Position numbers and translations under genes: made by a program | Assembly (NCBI GenBank): GCA_963805085.1 | Contig: CAWDTA010000002.1 | Span: forward strand, 1,600,001 to 1,664,000 | DNA: 64,000 nt | Source: an uncultured Veillonellaceae bacterium | GTDB taxonomy: Bacteria; Bacillota; Negativicutes; JARBTT01 | Reading direction: 5' to 3' | In this document: piece by piece, positions 11,396 through 21,824 of the stretch | Numbering within the stretch: position 1 is the stretch's first letter | How the letters are laid out: every line of letters begins with the position of its first letter | Notes under the pieces: model-generated | What the model saw: only the letters and a program-made list of their open reading frames with translations | What the model was told of the DNA's origin: nothing | Databases searched by the model: none

Positions 11396-11574
11396 AAAGT
11401 ACATGATCGTCTTATTCGCAGGTGCTGACAAGTAGAGGTATTTAAGCGGGATAGTAATAGTTTTTAGTGCAACAGTAGGAGTTATTTTAACAATTTAAAA
11501 TGAAAGTCCTTCATATTAGTTAAGCTTAAGATTTTTTTTTCATCTATATTTTAAAATAATTAGGAGGTCAATAC

Positions 11575-12276
11575 ATGTTCATGAAAAATTTGTTAGTAAT
11601 GTCTTTTACTCTGATTTTTTGTACAGTATGGAGTGGATTTGTTGAAGCAGCTGCTCCGGAGAATATCACAAAAGTACCTAAAGATAAAATAGCGATTGTT
11701 ATGGTCGAATTCCAAAATATCTGGTTAGACCCTAAAGGCGATTTGAATCCGTTGATTAAGAATCAGTTAGAAAAGAAAAAAGCGGTGGAAAAGTCTATTG
11801 AATTAGTCGATAAGGCTCGAGATGGCGGAATAAAGCTTATTTATGCTCCGCTTAGCTATTCTGCTGGATATCCAGAAATCGCTCCCGATCAAATTGGTAT
11901 AAGTTATCATCTCAGAAGTAAAAAACGGTTAGAGGAAGGCAGTTTTGGGGCAGAATTTTATCCAGCAACAGCGCCAAAAGAAGGCGACTATATTGCACGG
12001 GGGCGAGTGGGCGTAAGCTCTTTTGTTGGGAGTAACCTAGAGCAAATATTGAGGGCAGGGGGATACACTACGATTGCGGTGGCTGGTTTTGCAACTCATG
12101 TGTGCGTTGAATCGTTAATTCGTGACGCTTATGATCGAGGATACAAGGTGATCTTGCTTGACGATGATGTTGCAGCGTTCGAAGATGGCCAGGATAGCTA
12201 TATTAAAAAATACATCATGCCTCATTTTGGAGTAACAATGTCAAATGATGAGTTTTTTAACAACTATATAAAATAG
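11575..12276 (+). CDS. Cysteine hydrolase (isochorismatase family) with signal peptide
   Basis: IVMVEFQN, AGFATHVCVESLIRDAYDRGY; hydrophobic N-terminus ending VEA-A. Confidence 0.8.
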   Translation: MFMKNLLVMSFTLIFCTVWSGFVEAAAPENITKVPKDKIAIVMVEFQNIWLDPKGDLNPLIKNQLEKKKAVEKSIELVDKARDGGIKLIYAPLSYSAGYPEIAPDQIGISYHLRSKKRLEEGSFGAEFYPATAPKEGDYIARGRVGVSSFVGSNLEQILRAGGYTTIAVAGFATHVCVESLIRDAYDRGYKVILLDDDVAAFEDGQDSYIKKYIMPHFGVTMSNDEFFNNYIK

Positions 12277-12322
12277 TCATTCTAAAATTAGAATATTGCT
12301 AACTTTGTCATAAACTTTGATA

Positions 12323-12357
12323 AAAATTGCCTTCTATGGATCATAGAAGGCAATTTT
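12323..12357 (+). terminator. Intrinsic terminator
   Basis: AAAATTGCCTTCTATG/CATAGAAGGCAATTTT. Confidence 0.75.
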
Positions 12358-12487
12358 GTGTTTGTTTTTCACAAGATAGCTCCTTAACACTGTAACTTAT
12401 CTTCCTAAAACTACAGCCTACGTTTGGTGTATTGAATTAAGAAAATTACTAACATATACTAGAAATGTAGAGAAGGGGGTGGTCAAG

Positions 12488-12925
12488 ATGAAAATTACCA
12501 TCGAAAATATACCTGACGGAATTGAACCAGAAATAATCATAAGATGCAATGAGGTTGATGATGCACTACTGCATCTTATCTACTCCATTAATTCAGCTTC
12601 AAAAAAGCTAGTAGGGATTTCAGATTTGCAAATGCATATGATCAATCCTAAAGATGTATTTTATTTCGAATCAGTTGATAGTAAAGTATTTATTTATTGT
12701 CAAGAAAAGGTTTTTGAATCAAGACTAAAGCTTTATGAGATTGAAAAGACATATGAGAATTTGGATTTTTTCAGAGCCTCAAAATCAACGATTCTTAATA
12801 TTACGAAAATAGATTCTGTAAGGCCAGTTTTCTACGGAAGATTTGAAGCGTTACTGCAAAATGGCGAAAAAGTAGTTATTTCTAGGCAATATGTGCCTGT
12901 ACTCAGAAAGAAATTAGGATTATAA
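12488..12925 (+). CDS. Stand-alone LytTR DNA-binding regulator
   Basis: YFESVD, LYEIE, FFRASKSTILN, ISRQY. Confidence 0.9.
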   Translation: MKITIENIPDGIEPEIIIRCNEVDDALLHLIYSINSASKKLVGISDLQMHMINPKDVFYFESVDSKVFIYCQEKVFESRLKLYEIEKTYENLDFFRASKSTILNITKIDSVRPVFYGRFEALLQNGEKVVISRQYVPVLRKKLGL

Positions 12926-12938
12926 GGAGGTTTTATTC

Positions 12939-13370
12939 ATGAGATTGAGTCAATATTTAAAACAATTCTTAAAGGAATTTTTTACAGCTTGTGGGTGTTT
13001 GATGATAGTTGCTTCAATATTTTTGGGGATTAATTTTATAGATACAATTAAAACATCACTGCTATGGCAATTTATCATAATAGCAGCAGCATTTACACTT
13101 TTCAAATTTTCGTTTGCAAATAATCTTGATTTAGGGAAAAAAAATCAATTAATTTTATTTACGATTTTTACTACACTAGCAGATATAATGGTTGTACTAT
13201 GGCTGTGTTTATTTAGTCCCAATATAGATAGTAATATTGTAATACTTTATATCATTGTGATTTTAATTGTGAAGGGAGCAGTTTTTGCAATGATGTATAT
13301 TGATGGCCAAAGACAAGCCAAACAGCTCAATGAAAAACTGAGCGAGTATAAGAACGGTACTAGTGAATAA
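12939..13370 (+). CDS. DUF3021-like 4-TM membrane protein (LytTR regulatory system partner)
   Basis: Four hydrophobic segments, C-terminal AKQLNEKL, directly downstream of lytTR. Confidence 0.7.
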   Translation: MRLSQYLKQFLKEFFTACGCLMIVASIFLGINFIDTIKTSLLWQFIIIAAAFTLFKFSFANNLDLGKKNQLILFTIFTTLADIMVVLWLCLFSPNIDSNIVILYIIVILIVKGAVFAMMYIDGQRQAKQLNEKLSEYKNGTSE

Positions 13371-13533
13371 AAATAATTACATTATCAAGGCAAAAGGGCA
13401 GGTTTCTTGCCCCATCTATAGTTAGTAATGATACGAATTTGATTTAGAAGTGAGAGGGATTGGTGTAATGCTAATGCCTTTATACTAAATACAAGTTTTC
13501 AGGTCGTAGAACTAAGTTTCAAGAAGTGTTATT

Positions 13534-13663
13534 ATGGAAAAAGAATCAAATAAATTAATAAAGGAGGAAAGTCCATATTTTACAGCATGCTCATAAACCA
13601 GCTGATTGGGGAAATAAACCTATAGTTGTTAAGCAAATTTATTGCAAATCACAAACATACTAG
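13534..13663 (+). pseudogene. Second YyaL/DUF255 N-terminal remnant
   Basis: MEKESNKLIKEESPY-(frameshift)-LQHAHKPADW, then diverges. Confidence 0.65.
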
Positions 13664-13812
13664 AAGTTTTTGTAATTGCTTGCTTCGATAAGAATAATGT
13701 GACATTTTCATTTTAAATGTAAAAGAACCAGCTACTGTGATTAAGTAACTGGTTCTTTGTCTATGGTCTCAAGTTTGACAGCTTTGTTTGTAAAATAATA
13801 AAAGTTTAACCC

Positions 13813-15513
13813 TTAAATTTTAAATTTAGCTGTAATTACGTTAAGTTGAGTGGCGATTTTTGCCAGTGATTCAGAGCTGGAGCTTACCTCATGGAGGCTG
13901 GCGCTTTGTTCTTCTGCCGCTGCGGCTACTGTCTGTGTACTTGCACCTGTTTGCTCTGCGACTACACCGATGTTTTGTACGTTGTTTACAACAGATTGCA
14001 TACCATGTGCAGTTTCTTCTACGGCTGTGCTGATTTGCTCAATGCCTGAGCGTACTTCGGATAATTTACCAATGATTGCTTGAAATCCTTGTTGTGTTTC
14101 GTCTGTGGCTGTTTTGCCAGTGACTACTTCTGCGTTGGCTTTTGTTACTACATTGACAGCAAACTGGATATCCGTTGTCATTTTACCAATGATTTCTTCA
14201 ATCGTGTTGGTAGCATCTGCACTTTGTTCAGCTAATTTGCGGACTTCTTCAGCTACTACGGCAAAGCCACGCCCTACTTCACCAGCTCTAGCTGCCTCAA
14301 TTGCAGCATTCAAAGCTAAAAGATTGGTTTGACCAGCAATGGTGCGAATGGTTGTAACAATTTGCTGAATATCATCAGAGCCTTTTACCAGAGATGATGA
14401 AACATTGGTGATGTCTGACATCGATTGTTTGATGGTGTCATTTTGTTTTACTAATTTATGAATGAGTTGCATTCCTTGTTCCGCTTCGCCAACGGTGTCT
14501 TGTGTGACACTGTTTACGTGTGCAGCACTAGCGCTAATTTCTTCCGCGCTGGCACCAACTTCTTCAATAACGGCAGAGATTTCAGTGATGTTTTTGGTGT
14601 TTTGGTCAGAGCCAGAAGCAACCTCTGTAATGTTTTTAGCAACACTTTCTGCCACATGGAGTTGTTCTTCAACGGATGAAGAGAGTTCTTGACTAGAAGC
14701 AGCTAATGTATCGGCATCGTTTCTCAGTTGGCTAACAATATTTCTCAGTGCTTTCTTTGTTATAATGAGTGCTTCGCCCATATCGCCAATTTCATCGTTG
14801 TGTCTGGCATGTATATCTTGGCGCGATAAATCCAATCCGCTTAGTGATAAAATTTCATTTTGTAGACTTTTAATTCTGCGGGATAGATAGCGACTGTACC
14901 AGATTAAAAGAACAATAATCGCAATAATCCCTACGCTACTAGAAATTAACACCATTTTAAAAATGGTGGTTTCGTGTTCATTGAGGGTGCTAATTCTTTT
15001 GCTCATTGCAGCATCTTGGGCCTGCATCGTTTTTTCGAATAATGCATTTATGGACGTAGTCTTTTGGCGAAGTTCTGTTAATTTATCGGTATATATAGGG
15101 GTATTCGATTTTTTTAGTTCTAGAACTTGTTTCATATCTTCACCATAAGACTGCATGGCACTTTGTAGATTTTCAGCGGCTTGTTTATTGCCAGATCCTG
15201 TTTTGTCTTCTATTTTCATCGCGATATCGGCTACATTTTTATGACTGGTATTAAACAATGTTAAGGTATCGGAGGCATATTTTTCATCATTATAAGCAAG
15301 AAAGCCGCGTAATTCACTCAAACTTTCATGAAAATTATCCTGTGCTGCTTGCAAAGCAAGTGTTCTTTGTATTGCACCAGATAGAATAGATTGATAATCA
15401 GCGCTGACTATTCGCAGTTGATATAATAATGTTCCTACTGTAATGGTCATTAGCGTGATGGCAATCCCCATGAGAAACCCTAACTGGAGACCAATTGGTA
15501 TACGTTTGTTCAT
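13813..15513 (-). CDS. Methyl-accepting chemotaxis protein
   Basis: Two TMs, [42 protein letters not shown]. Confidence 0.95.
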   Translation of the reverse strand: MNKRIPIGLQLGFLMGIAITLMTITVGTLLYQLRIVSADYQSILSGAIQRTLALQAAQDNFHESLSELRGFLAYNDEKYASDTLTLFNTSHKNVADIAMKIEDKTGSGNKQAAENLQSAMQSYGEDMKQVLELKKSNTPIYTDKLTELRQKTTSINALFEKTMQAQDAAMSKRISTLNEHETTIFKMVLISSSVGIIAIIVLLIWYSRYLSRRIKSLQNEILSLSGLDLSRQDIHARHNDEIGDMGEALIITKKALRNIVSQLRNDADTLAASSQELSSSVEEQLHVAESVAKNITEVASGSDQNTKNITEISAVIEEVGASAEEISASAAHVNSVTQDTVGEAEQGMQLIHKLVKQNDTIKQSMSDITNVSSSLVKGSDDIQQIVTTIRTIAGQTNLLALNAAIEAARAGEVGRGFAVVAEEVRKLAEQSADATNTIEEIIGKMTTDIQFAVNVVTKANAEVVTGKTATDETQQGFQAIIGKLSEVRSGIEQISTAVEETAHGMQSVVNNVQNIGVVAEQTGASTQTVAAAAEEQSASLHEVSSSSESLAKIATQLNVITAKFKI

Positions 15514-15856
15514 TGATTTGCCCCTTTTCAATCATAAATTTTGTTGTTCTATTAAAATAGTTGCTTTATTTAAAAAAAATTTTTATTTACGGCGATAGTT
15601 ATGAAAAGAGCAAGAGTGCTTGTATCGTTTAATAAAAAACAAATTTTCACAATAATATTTTATCATAGTTAATAGATGTTTAATATTATACAAATGGTAC
15701 AAGAAAAGGATGGTTAGATCATACTGAATGACAGTATGTCAGAGTTGTATTTACATATATAATGGCAATTAAGAAACGAGGTTGCAAAAACAGTCCAAAT
15801 TTATAAAAAATAAAATAAACAAGTGTTTGCGTTAAGACCAAAACAGGGGTGTTATT

Positions 15857-17905
15857 ATGGACAGAAAACAATATGACGTATCTAAAATAGTAAAAGATAG
15901 TGAGCAAGCATTGACTAAAAAGAAATATCTAGAAAAACTGTTCCAACACTTGGCAGGAAATGAACAGTTTTTTAAAGAAATTTTAGATGCTGCACCTTGT
16001 CTTTTATGTTGTTTAGACTGTAATGGAAATTTTTTATATATGAACCAACGGTATGCTGAATTTCGGGGAATTCATCATGAAAAAATGATCGGTCATCATT
16101 TTAGTGAGGTCATTTTGCCAAAATTCCACAAAAAACGAGCTGAGGTTTTTGCTAAATGTCTACAGGGGGAAACTGTAAAAATTCAAAATCAAGACCGCCT
16201 CAAAAAGGCTAAGAAAGATAGTTGGCTTCATGGAATATACATGCCGATACTTTTAAAAAATCAGAAAGTAGAGAAAATACTGGTTGCGATGATGGACGTC
16301 ACGGAGCAAGAAGAGATGCAGCGGCAGTTAAATGAAGCTGAGAAATTTGGGCGTACGGGCAGTTGGAAAATCAATTTGGCGACAAAACAATTTACCTGTT
16401 CCGATGGTGTACTAGATTTGTATGAGATGAGCCGTGAAGAGGTAGACAAGTACTCTTATGAAGCTTTATTTTTGCGATTATCAGACATAGATATTGCAAA
16501 AATTACAGCAAAGTTTAGACTGATTTTCAAGAAGCGGCATTCAGTGTCAGAAGAATTGTGGATTCATCTGCCTCAAGGGACAAGACGATTAGTTAAAGTC
16601 ACTGGTTACATGTTGAAAAATGCTGAAGGTCGTTCTATGGAAATATTCGGAAAAATTGACGATATCACGCAGCAAAAAACGCTAGAAAAAGCTGAACAAG
16701 ATGTGACGCTTCGCTTAAGAGAATTTTCACGAGCGATGCCGGGCGTAGGAATGATTGTAGATGCAATGGGAAAAATTGTGGAGATTTTCGATGACAGTCA
16801 GCTATTGACTGATGCGGATTCTGTGTCATGGGAAAAACAAAAGATTACTACGCTGTTGCCAAGCAAAGTAGCTGAAAAACTTAGTCGGGAGATTAGCATT
16901 GCAATTGCAAAAAACATGGTTAGATTTGGTGAATATACACTACCTTTATTGCGTGGAGAGCGTATTTTTGATGTACGCATTGCGCCACTTAGTTACCGTT
17001 TGGAAGAACATTCGACGGTAGCTTGTTATTGGGCAGATGTTACAGAAAAAAACCATACAAAAAAATTATTGAAGTCAAATTATGAAAAACGTCGACAACG
17101 AGATTTGCTAAATGACCTAGCAACGGGTAAAATTGAGCCATCACAGGAAATTTTAGATCAGGCTTGGCAAGTTAAACTTAATTTGACGTTTGATTTTTCC
17201 TGTTATTTGATTGGTTTTCAAAAGAATTTAAAATATAATAAAAGAGATATATTGAATGAAAAGCAAGATACCTTACAGGTGATGATAGACTTGCTTATTG
17301 AGAAACTGTCTGGAGACACAGGTACAATTGTCTGGGAAAGTAAGGAGGGTATTGTGATGCTCGTTCCTGTTGATGAGAATAAATTGATGAAGAGGGAGCA
17401 AGAATTAATCCAGGCTGAAAAGTGGGGGATGTTGATTGGTCAATATGTCCCAGAGTTAGAATATTGTATAGGAATTGCTGAATTCTGTCCTGAAACATTC
17501 TGGAAGTTTGCTGAAGTATATGCTGAGGCATGTGCAGCGGTTGAGTTCGGTGAAAAAATGGCAGACAAACAGCGGGTGCATCATTATTTGGATATTGGAG
17601 TTTTTCAGTTTTTTCCTGCAGTAATAAATCAAGAGTATGTTAATAGTTTTGTAAATCGAATGTTGGGGAAATTAGAGGAATATGATCGGATAAATGGTAC
17701 AGATTTGGTATACACATTAGAAAGAATTTTACAGATCGATAATTTGAATATGGTTGCCAAGGAACTTTATGTACACCGGCAGACAATTCTTTTTCGTAAG
17801 AGAAGAATTGAAACAATTTTAAATGTTTCCCTGAACGATTTTGAAGCTAGATTAGCGCTAGGAATGGCGTTCAAGTTTAAGCAGGCATATGGCAAAGATA
17901 CGTAA
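15857..17905 (+). CDS. Multi-PAS PucR/CdaR-family transcriptional regulator
   Basis: PAS repeats; C-terminal LEEYD...L..TL...VAKELYVHRQTILFRKRRIE HTH. Confidence 0.85.
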   Translation: MDRKQYDVSKIVKDSEQALTKKKYLEKLFQHLAGNEQFFKEILDAAPCLLCCLDCNGNFLYMNQRYAEFRGIHHEKMIGHHFSEVILPKFHKKRAEVFAKCLQGETVKIQNQDRLKKAKKDSWLHGIYMPILLKNQKVEKILVAMMDVTEQEEMQRQLNEAEKFGRTGSWKINLATKQFTCSDGVLDLYEMSREEVDKYSYEALFLRLSDIDIAKITAKFRLIFKKRHSVSEELWIHLPQGTRRLVKVTGYMLKNAEGRSMEIFGKIDDITQQKTLEKAEQDVTLRLREFSRAMPGVGMIVDAMGKIVEIFDDSQLLTDADSVSWEKQKITTLLPSKVAEKLSREISIAIAKNMVRFGEYTLPLLRGERIFDVRIAPLSYRLEEHSTVACYWADVTEKNHTKKLLKSNYEKRRQRDLLNDLATGKIEPSQEILDQAWQVKLNLTFDFSCYLIGFQKNLKYNKRDILNEKQDTLQVMIDLLIEKLSGDTGTIVWESKEGIVMLVPVDENKLMKREQELIQAEKWGMLIGQYVPELEYCIGIAEFCPETFWKFAEVYAEACAAVEFGEKMADKQRVHHYLDIGVFQFFPAVINQEYVNSFVNRMLGKLEEYDRINGTDLVYTLERILQIDNLNMVAKELYVHRQTILFRKRRIETILNVSLNDFEARLALGMAFKFKQAYGKDT

Positions 17906-17927
17906 GATATCTTAAGGAGGTTACAAG

Positions 17928-18584
17928 ATGAAGAAAATGCAAACTAGATTGAAAATTTTATCACCGGATATTCCCGAAGAATTGGAGCAACTTGATTTTG
18001 CGGATAGGAAGATCCGCAATGAGGATTATTTTGAGATTGGAATCATTGATGATTGCATAATTGAGAATCAAGCAGCAGAACGTGTTGTTTTTAATAAAGT
18101 AATATTTGAAAACGTAACGTTCCAAAAAGTGGAGTTTAGCAAATTAGAGTTGTTAAATGCTATTTTTAAAAAGTGTGATTTATCAAATGTAGATTTTAAC
18201 GAAGCAATTCTGCATCGAGTTGAAATGATAGATTGCAAAATTATGGGTGTAAACCTAACGGCAACAACAGTACGTAACGTACTATTTGATCATTGCTATG
18301 GGGACTATGCTAACTTTCGTAGTGCGGATTTTAAACAGGTGAAATTTCAGCAATGTTCATTAGTCAATGCTGATTTTTCTATGTCAAAATTACTCAATGT
18401 AGAATTTTCTGAGTCAAACTTAGATAAGATGCAATTATCAGGGACGAAACTGGCAGGGATTGATTTAAGTAGTTGTGAATTTAACCAGATTGGTGTTACC
18501 AAGGAAGATGTGAAAGGGTGCATTATTTCATCTGAGCAAGCAATTGCCTTTTCAAAACTCTTTGGACTCATTGTTAACGAATAA
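17928..18584 (+). CDS. Pentapeptide repeat protein
   Basis: Tandem CDLSNVDF/ANFRSADF/ADFSMSKL repeats. Confidence 0.85.
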   Translation: MKKMQTRLKILSPDIPEELEQLDFADRKIRNEDYFEIGIIDDCIIENQAAERVVFNKVIFENVTFQKVEFSKLELLNAIFKKCDLSNVDFNEAILHRVEMIDCKIMGVNLTATTVRNVLFDHCYGDYANFRSADFKQVKFQQCSLVNADFSMSKLLNVEFSESNLDKMQLSGTKLAGIDLSSCEFNQIGVTKEDVKGCIISSEQAIAFSKLFGLIVNE

Positions 18585-18899
18585 AGTAGATGGTTAGTAG
18601 AGTTAATAAAAAATGATCTAGAACAGATTTACTAATAAAGTTGAGGTAATAACATATGCAAATAGGCAGTAGTATCTTTATTTTTGAAGTACTTCATGGT
18701 TGATTGAGCACGCAAAAGCTTATTTTAGTGGCGATACTGAGTACCATAGCTCCACTTGGTGGAAATAAAAGCAGTGGTTTTGCCATTATTTAAAATCAGT
18801 ATGCTTGTAACTAGATAAAAAATAGATAAAGAGCTTCCCTGGAAAGAAATTCTACAGGGAAGCTCTTTTGAGAATTACGGAGAACTAATCTCTATTATA

Positions 18900-19922
<1,023 letters not shown>

Positions 19923-20331
19923 TCACGCTCCTCATTAGTTTTTGAAGCATGTCGTTGCCTATAAATAATTTTTGGTCAATAACATGTTACATAGCATTAT
20001 ATGTAGCAACGCTTTGAAACGCGCTATGCAGACATTGTACAATAAACTGATTTTAAGGAAAAAATAAGGGCATCTAAATCTGCGCAGTGCCGAGAAATCT
20101 TAGCATTTAAGAATAACTATTAAAAGAATGCCAGACAAGCTGGATTTCTATAAATCTAATAGATACATATTGCCAGTGTGAGCTAGTAAGTAAACAAAAG
20201 CTGTCTGGTTTGGTCATTCTAAAGTATTGTTGATAATCTAATTAATGTAATCAATAAATGATAGTAAACACATAAAAATTTAGTTGAATTAAGATAGTGA
20301 ATAGAGATATAGTAATACTGGAGGGATTATT

Positions 20332-21234
20332 ATGGATTCATATCGTAAGTATATCATTGGGTTTATAGTTCTGATTATACTGATTTCTACAGCTTATATG
20401 TTTTGGCCTCGGGAAGATATTGTGGCACAGGGAGAATCGATCATTCGTAAAGATGCTGCGGATAAAGACGATTTGCCAAAGAGCTTTCGTAGGTTTGATG
20501 ATCTAAAAGCTTCTGGTAGCGCGCAGTATTCAGCAAACAATCTGAACTATATGAAGAACACTTTACAGCAAAAAAATGTTGTTTTAGTGGATCTTAGACA
20601 GGAAGCGCATGGATTTGTAAATGGTATTCCAGTAAGCTGGTATGGAGCTAATAATTGGGCAAATATTGGTAAAAATGCTGACGAAGTACTCGAAGTTGAA
20701 AATGAGGCGCTAATAGAAATAGCGGACAAACAAGAAGTTAGTATACATAAAGATTTTAAAAAAGATAAAGAAACAGGTGCTTTGCTATCAAACAAGTCAG
20801 AAATAGTAAAAATCAGTGAGGTTCGTTCAGAAGAGCAATTGGCACAAAGTCTAGGAATGGGATATTTCCGTTTAGTAGTTACAGATCATCGGCGACCTCT
20901 AGATAATGATGTTGATTTGTTTATTGGTTTCATTAAAGATCTTTCTCCCGACACTTGGCTGCATTTTCACTGTGAAGCAGGACATGGACGGACAACTACT
21001 TTTTTAGCCATGTATGATATGATGTCAAATGCTAAAAATGATACGCTTGCGCAAATTGTTGACCGTCAATATAAAGCTGGCGGAATTAATTTGTTTGAGC
21101 AGCATAAGCAGGATTGGAGAACCCCATATGATGAAGAACGTACAGCTTTTATCAAAGAATTTTATGAGTATTGTCGGCAAAATAACGATAACTATGCTAC
21201 ATCATGGTCTAGTTGGTTAGCTAAAAAGAAGTAG
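20332..21234 (+). CDS. PTP-like (cysteine) phytase
   Basis: SGSAQ, VDLRQEAHG, WLHFHCEAGHGRTT P-loop; N-terminal membrane anchor. Confidence 0.9.
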   Translation: MDSYRKYIIGFIVLIILISTAYMFWPREDIVAQGESIIRKDAADKDDLPKSFRRFDDLKASGSAQYSANNLNYMKNTLQQKNVVLVDLRQEAHGFVNGIPVSWYGANNWANIGKNADEVLEVENEALIEIADKQEVSIHKDFKKDKETGALLSNKSEIVKISEVRSEEQLAQSLGMGYFRLVVTDHRRPLDNDVDLFIGFIKDLSPDTWLHFHCEAGHGRTTTFLAMYDMMSNAKNDTLAQIVDRQYKAGGINLFEQHKQDWRTPYDEERTAFIKEFYEYCRQNNDNYATSWSSWLAKKK

Positions 21235-21613
21235 AAAAAGTATTTAATGCTGTTAAATATTGAAAAAAAATAAGGGGTAAAAATAGTACTTTGAAGTACC
21301 ATTTTTGTCCCTTATTTTAATATGTAGTTATAACTTATAAACAGAATAAGACTGACTCATATTCAAAAATAGCTTCTGCTGAATTTTTGTGTGATTTTGG
21401 CAGAAGCTATATCTTTTTTTATGGAGTGAAGATAATGGGTGATATTACATACTGGGTTTTTAAGGAGGCAGAGGGAATTGAAACACTGCTTCTTTGCGTT
21501 CTTTGTGCGTAACAAAACAATCGTCTTTTCTCCTGGTTTTCGTTCTCAGTAACAGTAATTTCATTCTTTATAAAAACATTTGTACTTTTTTAAATTCAAT
21601 AGAGCGTTAACAA

Positions 21614-21642
21614 TTTACTAATCAAAAAAATTGTCGTAAAAT
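21614..21642 (+). promoter_or_regulatory. Putative sigma-A promoter of the permease leader
   Basis: TTTACT-17bp-TAAAAT. Confidence 0.55.
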
Positions 21643-21652
21643 AAAAGGCATG

Positions 21653-21821
21653 TTGCGATAAAGGATGTATGCTTCTCCTGAAAGTACAAATGCGATTACA
21701 AGCTCTTCGGCTGATCATAAACTTGTTAGCATGTTTATCTCCGCATTTTTTTTCAATCGTCCCGCATAACCTCTTTATCGCAAGGTCGTTTATTGAGAAG
21801 AATTTAGGAAAAAGAGGTTAT
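21653..21821 (+). ncRNA. Candidate structured cis-regulatory leader RNA (anti-SD switch)
   Basis: Nested stems; 21766-21776 is the exact complement of the SD region 21811-21821. Confidence 0.6.
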
Positions 21822-21824
21822 TTC

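Noticed and set aside
21665-21765. Glycine-riboswitch-like words (GGAGA..GCCGAAG..CTTTCAGG) on the minus strand
   Set aside because: Antisense to the permease, P3a and junction features are poor, and no minus-strand gene follows. The + strand anti-SD model fits better. Still worth a both-strand cmscan.
21669-21824. 52-aa in-frame N-terminal extension of the permease
   Set aside because: SD spacing is only 3 nt, and family similarity starts after the ATG at 21825, which has its own RBS.
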